Shown here: piece by piece, positions 57,245 to 60,440 of the stretch
Layout of the letters: each line of letters begins with the position of its first letter
How positions within the stretch are numbered: the first letter of the stretch is position 1
From: Candidatus Elulimicrobium sp.
Lineage (GTDB): Bacteria; Patescibacteriota; Minisyncoccia; Phycocordibacterales; UBA918
Direction of reading: 5' to 3'
Length of the DNA: 60,440 nt
NCBI GenBank assembly: GCA_020720815.1
Contig: DYNY01000006.1
Location: forward strand, 1-60,440
Made by a program: the position numbers and the translations under genes
Notes under the pieces: model-generated
What the model was told of the DNA's origin: nothing
Databases searched by the model: none
The model's input: the letters and a program-made list of their open reading frames with translations, nothing else

Positions 57245-57290
57245 GCCGTTTGGTGAAGAGTACTCAAAAGAGTACTCTTCACCAAACGGC
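57245..57290 (-). terminator. terminator of orphan pair
   Basis: 21-bp perfect stem followed by T-rich sequence on the minus strand. Confidence 0.72.
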
Positions 57291-57314
57291 GATGCTCGTT
57301 CTGGGGTGATTGAT

Positions 57315-57740
57315 TTACAGCTCTGGGTAATGGCGACCGTTGGTGCGATGGCCGTTAGAATGAACAAGGTAAACCACATCCGGGTGCCCGTAGCAGACAG
57401 AAATGACCAGGTGGCCATTGTTCTCGTACGGTGCGAAATACCAGTGTGTCATCGACCCGACCCGGATTTCCGCCTGCTCGCGCAAAGCTCTACGCACCGG
57501 CGTACCCGGGTAGCCATCGGCGACAAGTCGGTTGATTACCTCGTCAATGCTCTTGAAGCCGGCTCGGGCTAACTGCTCTGGTGTAAACCCAAGCAGGGTC
57601 TCGCCGGGCAAGAGCCAAACCTCATAGGCCGGCTTACCCATCGCCTTTCCCAGGCCGACAACGGACGAGTTATGGGCACAAGAAACCTGTCGAAGGTCGA
57701 GTCTACCTAGAGTGGCGACGTAGTTGATAAAGTTGTTCAT
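57315..57740 (-). CDS. orphan hypothetical protein
   Basis: AAGGAG SD; ATGA overlap with the upstream ORF. Confidence 0.65.
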   Translation of the reverse strand: MNNFINYVATLGRLDLRQVSCAHNSSVVGLGKAMGKPAYEVWLLPGETLLGFTPEQLARAGFKSIDEVINRLVADGYPGTPVRRALREQAEIRVGSMTHWYFAPYENNGHLVISVCYGHPDVVYLVHSNGHRTNGRHYPEL

Positions 57741-58165
57741 AACTGAGTCTCCTTTAAAGTTTTCTCTAGTAGGGTTAGGGCCAATTCACTACCACAGATG
57801 ATAGAAATAGCCTTACCCTCCCTGTTCTTGCCGATCCAGGGGATTACTCGAACTCGCCATTGTAGGTTATCTGGATTCTTAAACCTTGGTATGAACTCAA
57901 TCAAGATTTTGTACTGCAACCGCTTCCAACGGACAGCATCTTGATAGTGTTGTAGACAAAGCTCCTCTGGCTTGTAAAAGTCACTGGATTGAAAAGCACC
58001 ACTATCACTCTCGAAGATGACAAAGTGAAAGAATGGCTGGTGTGCAAAATTACTCGACAACAGCACGACTGGATCGTGCGGTGGCTTATCGCCAATGATG
58101 ACTTCGGCGATAGTGAGACGACGCTCACAATCATTTAGAGGGGCACTGTTTCTGATGGGGTACAT
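57737..58165 (-). CDS. orphan hypothetical protein
   Basis: GGGAG SD (58174-78) supports ATG 58165 (MYPIRN). Confidence 0.62.
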   Translation of the reverse strand: MYPIRNSAPLNDCERRLTIAEVIIGDKPPHDPVVLLSSNFAHQPFFHFVIFESDSGAFQSSDFYKPEELCLQHYQDAVRWKRLQYKILIEFIPRFKNPDNLQWRVRVIPWIGKNREGKAISIICGSELALTLLEKTLKETQL

Positions 58166-58389
58166 ATTGAAGTCTCCCGTTTTCAAAAGCCTCATTTGAG
58201 GCGGACTAAATTCTGTTGATTATATGAACATATTTTTTTAAGAAAGTAAACAACAAAAAAATAGGTGAATGTTTGTCTATATGTGATTTATATGGTATAA
58301 AATATTGCTTGGTATGGTACCGAGCACGGGTAATTTTGGCACCCGTAGTGTTCTTCTACTTTTGTATGGGTCTCAGGAGGGCTCAGAGC

Positions 58390-58875
58390 ATGACAACTTT
58401 CTATAAGTCAAAGTTCAATCCGGCAATTCCGTTGTTAAGAACGGACCCGAAGAAGAACTCACCTACCCTTGAAGAAATGTGGCGGGCAAGTCGGGGATCG
58501 TTCCATGTGGCCGTGTTGTTTGTATCTGCCAGTGGCCAGGTCCTCGTCAGTCGTCAGCCTGACGAAACCTGGAGCTTGCCAACTCGGCAGGGTTTTGGGC
58601 CTCGAATGGACTACGACTCCATCGTCGGTCGCATCGCGTCGCCACTTGGGCTGACTTGCTCAGCCCTACAGCTCGTTCCCTTGTGCGAATACAAGGGGAC
58701 AGAGCATCAGTACGCCCTGATCAGCGCTTTTGCCTGCGATCAGCGTTTCTGGCAACGAGAGCATGTTCTTTGGATTTCACCAGATGCGACCCGTCAGGGC
58801 ATCGTGCTGGATGACCTTGCCAGAGTTGGAATCGGTCGACATTTGGAGGCCATTTCCAATCTCCAGGCGGCCTAG
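58390..58875 (+). CDS. orphan, possibly degenerate Nudix fold
   Basis: AGGAGG SD 58375-80; HVAVLFVSASGQVLVSRQPDETWSLP; cTTCGg-capped terminator 58909-58941. Confidence 0.6.
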   Translation: MTTFYKSKFNPAIPLLRTDPKKNSPTLEEMWRASRGSFHVAVLFVSASGQVLVSRQPDETWSLPTRQGFGPRMDYDSIVGRIASPLGLTCSALQLVPLCEYKGTEHQYALISAFACDQRFWQREHVLWISPDATRQGIVLDDLARVGIGRHLEAISNLQAA

Positions 58876-59034
58876 GGTCGCTAAAAGTCACCGCATAAGT
58901 GACGAATCAGTGGTCGGAACCTTCGGGAACTGACCGCTTTTAATTAGATTATAAAGTAGGTCGACTTCCTTTTTGGCTCTAAACACCAGGACCTAGTTCA
59001 CTTTTCACCAGTTTTCGGCTTTTACCGCCTTGCC

Positions 59035-59237
59035 TTGCAAAACTTTCACACTCTGATACTATTGCCGAACCGCACACAGATTTTGTCTGTGGGTGGAGCG
59101 AACATAGTATTGCTCTTTCACACTAGCCCGAGTGTTCATTCTAAGCGCGATTGTTCTCGCCTCTTAGAATGTACGCTTGGACATAGCTTTTTGGTAGCTG
59201 TGTGCGGAATTATTACACTAATTAATCTATCATTAAT
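59035..59237 (+). promoter_or_regulatory. tuf promoter and structured leader
   Basis: TTGCAA-16-TACTAT with TG extension; CCGCACACAG/CTGTGTGCGG closing stem. Confidence 0.6.
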
Positions 59238-60431
59238 ATGGCAGAATTATTTGATCGTTCAAAGCCACACGTAAACGTAGGAACTATTGGTCACGTCGAC
59301 CATGGTAAGACTACTCTTACAGCAGCTATTCTAGCTGTACTAAACCAGAAAGGTGGTGGTTACAGTGCAGCAACTAAAGGAGTTGATGAAATTGATAAGG
59401 CTCCTGAAGAAAAAGCTCGTGGTATTACTATTTCTCTCTCACACTCTGAGTACCAAACTCCAAACCGACACTATGCACACATTGATGCGCCAGGTCATGC
59501 GGACTACATAAAGAACATGATTACTGGGGCTGCTCAGATGGATGGTGCAGTACTCGTAGTAGCAGCTACTGATGGAGCGATGCCACAAACTCGTGAGCAC
59601 GTTCTTCTTGCTAAGCAGGTAGGTGTACCAAACATCATTGTATTTCTTAACAAGTGCGATATGGTAGATGACGAAGAAATGATTATGCTCGTAGAAGAGG
59701 AACTTCGTGAACTTCTTACCAAGAACGGTTTTGATGGTGCTAACGCTCCAGTTATCAAAGGTTCTGGCCTTAAGGCACTTGAAGATCCAAAATCAACGTG
59801 GGGTGATAAGGTTATCGAACTTGTGGATGCAATGGATTCATACTTCCCACAACCAGTTCGTGAACTTGATAAGCCATTCCTTATGCCAATTGAGGACATC
59901 TTCTCAATTGAAGGACGCGGTACTGTTGTAACTGGTCGTGTTGAACGTGGTTCAGTTAAGGTGGGTGAGGAAGTTGAAATTGTTGGTATCAAAGATACAG
60001 CACTCACAACAGTGACTGGAGTGGAAATGTTTAATAAGCAACTAGATGCTGCTCAAGCAGGAGACAACGCTGGTATTCTACTCCGAGGTACAAAAAAGGA
60101 AGATGTACACCGAGGACAGGTGCTAGCTAAGAAAGGTTCAGTAACTCCACACACCGAATTTGAAGCTGAAGTATATGTACTCAGTAAGGATGAGGGCGGA
60201 CGACACACACCATTCTTCTCAGGCTACAAGCCACAGTTCTATATTCGTACCACTGACGTGACTGGGGATGTAACTTTGGCTGAAGGATCAGAAATGGTTA
60301 TGCCAGGAGATACTGCTAAGTTTAAGGTTAAGCTAGTAGCTCCAGTAGCTCTAGAAGATCAACAAAACTTTGCGATTCGTGAGGGAGGAAAGACTGTAGG
60401 AGCTGGAGTAGTAACCAAGATCATTGCCTAA
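59238..60431 (+). CDS. tuf: elongation factor Tu
   Basis: [39 protein letters not shown]. Confidence 0.99.
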   Translation: MAELFDRSKPHVNVGTIGHVDHGKTTLTAAILAVLNQKGGGYSAATKGVDEIDKAPEEKARGITISLSHSEYQTPNRHYAHIDAPGHADYIKNMITGAAQMDGAVLVVAATDGAMPQTREHVLLAKQVGVPNIIVFLNKCDMVDDEEMIMLVEEELRELLTKNGFDGANAPVIKGSGLKALEDPKSTWGDKVIELVDAMDSYFPQPVRELDKPFLMPIEDIFSIEGRGTVVTGRVERGSVKVGEEVEIVGIKDTALTTVTGVEMFNKQLDAAQAGDNAGILLRGTKKEDVHRGQVLAKKGSVTPHTEFEAEVYVLSKDEGGRHTPFFSGYKPQFYIRTTDVTGDVTLAEGSEMVMPGDTAKFKVKLVAPVALEDQQNFAIREGGKTVGAGVVTKIIA

Positions 60432-60440
60432 CGAGAACTT

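Noticed and set aside
1418-57290. CRISPR array, integron attC sites or a REP family formed by the hairpins
   Set aside because: The hairpins share no sequence, lack regular spacing and RYYYAAC/GTTRRRY ends, and no cas, integrase or transposase gene is visible.
126-60007. Many short ORFs antisense to or inside known genes (e.g. 1874..2242, 5433..5768, 14511..14885, 41199..41687, 55932..56552, 59534..60007)
   Set aside because: Shadow frames of well-supported genes, with no independent signals.

Overview
60.4-kb chromosomal window from a small-genome bacterium. The gene set and style (PPIase-less trigger factor, split ComEC, type IV pilus genes, several TrmB-like regulators, cohesin-dockerin protein, almost no Shine-Dalgarno sites on core genes) point to Patescibacteria/CPR, probably Parcubacteria (inference). 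It uses code 11. Core genes: hup, rny, clpP, tig, ppaC, nusA, pilB/pilC and minor pilins, tpiA, pgk, recJ, rnhA, comEC, sod, rpmB, zwf-gnd-pgl, RelBE and MazEF modules, and a dismembered str operon (rpsL-rpsG ... fusA ... tuf). The most unusual pattern is about 13 dispersed one- or two-gene orphan islets. They share a layout: own promoter, often a short hairpin plus a GTTCWTY boxA-like motif, a strong SD, the orphan ORF, then a hairpin terminator. Many neighbouring core genes instead look leaderless. Also notable: a structured RNA candidate upstream of rpsL, structured and possibly switching leaders at rpsG, fusA and tuf, an S12 with changes in both decoding-site loops, and at least six genes broken by nonsense, frameshift or deletion-fusion events. 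No CRISPR array, rRNA, tRNA, integrase or transposase was recognised. All calls are by eye from motifs, with no database searches.
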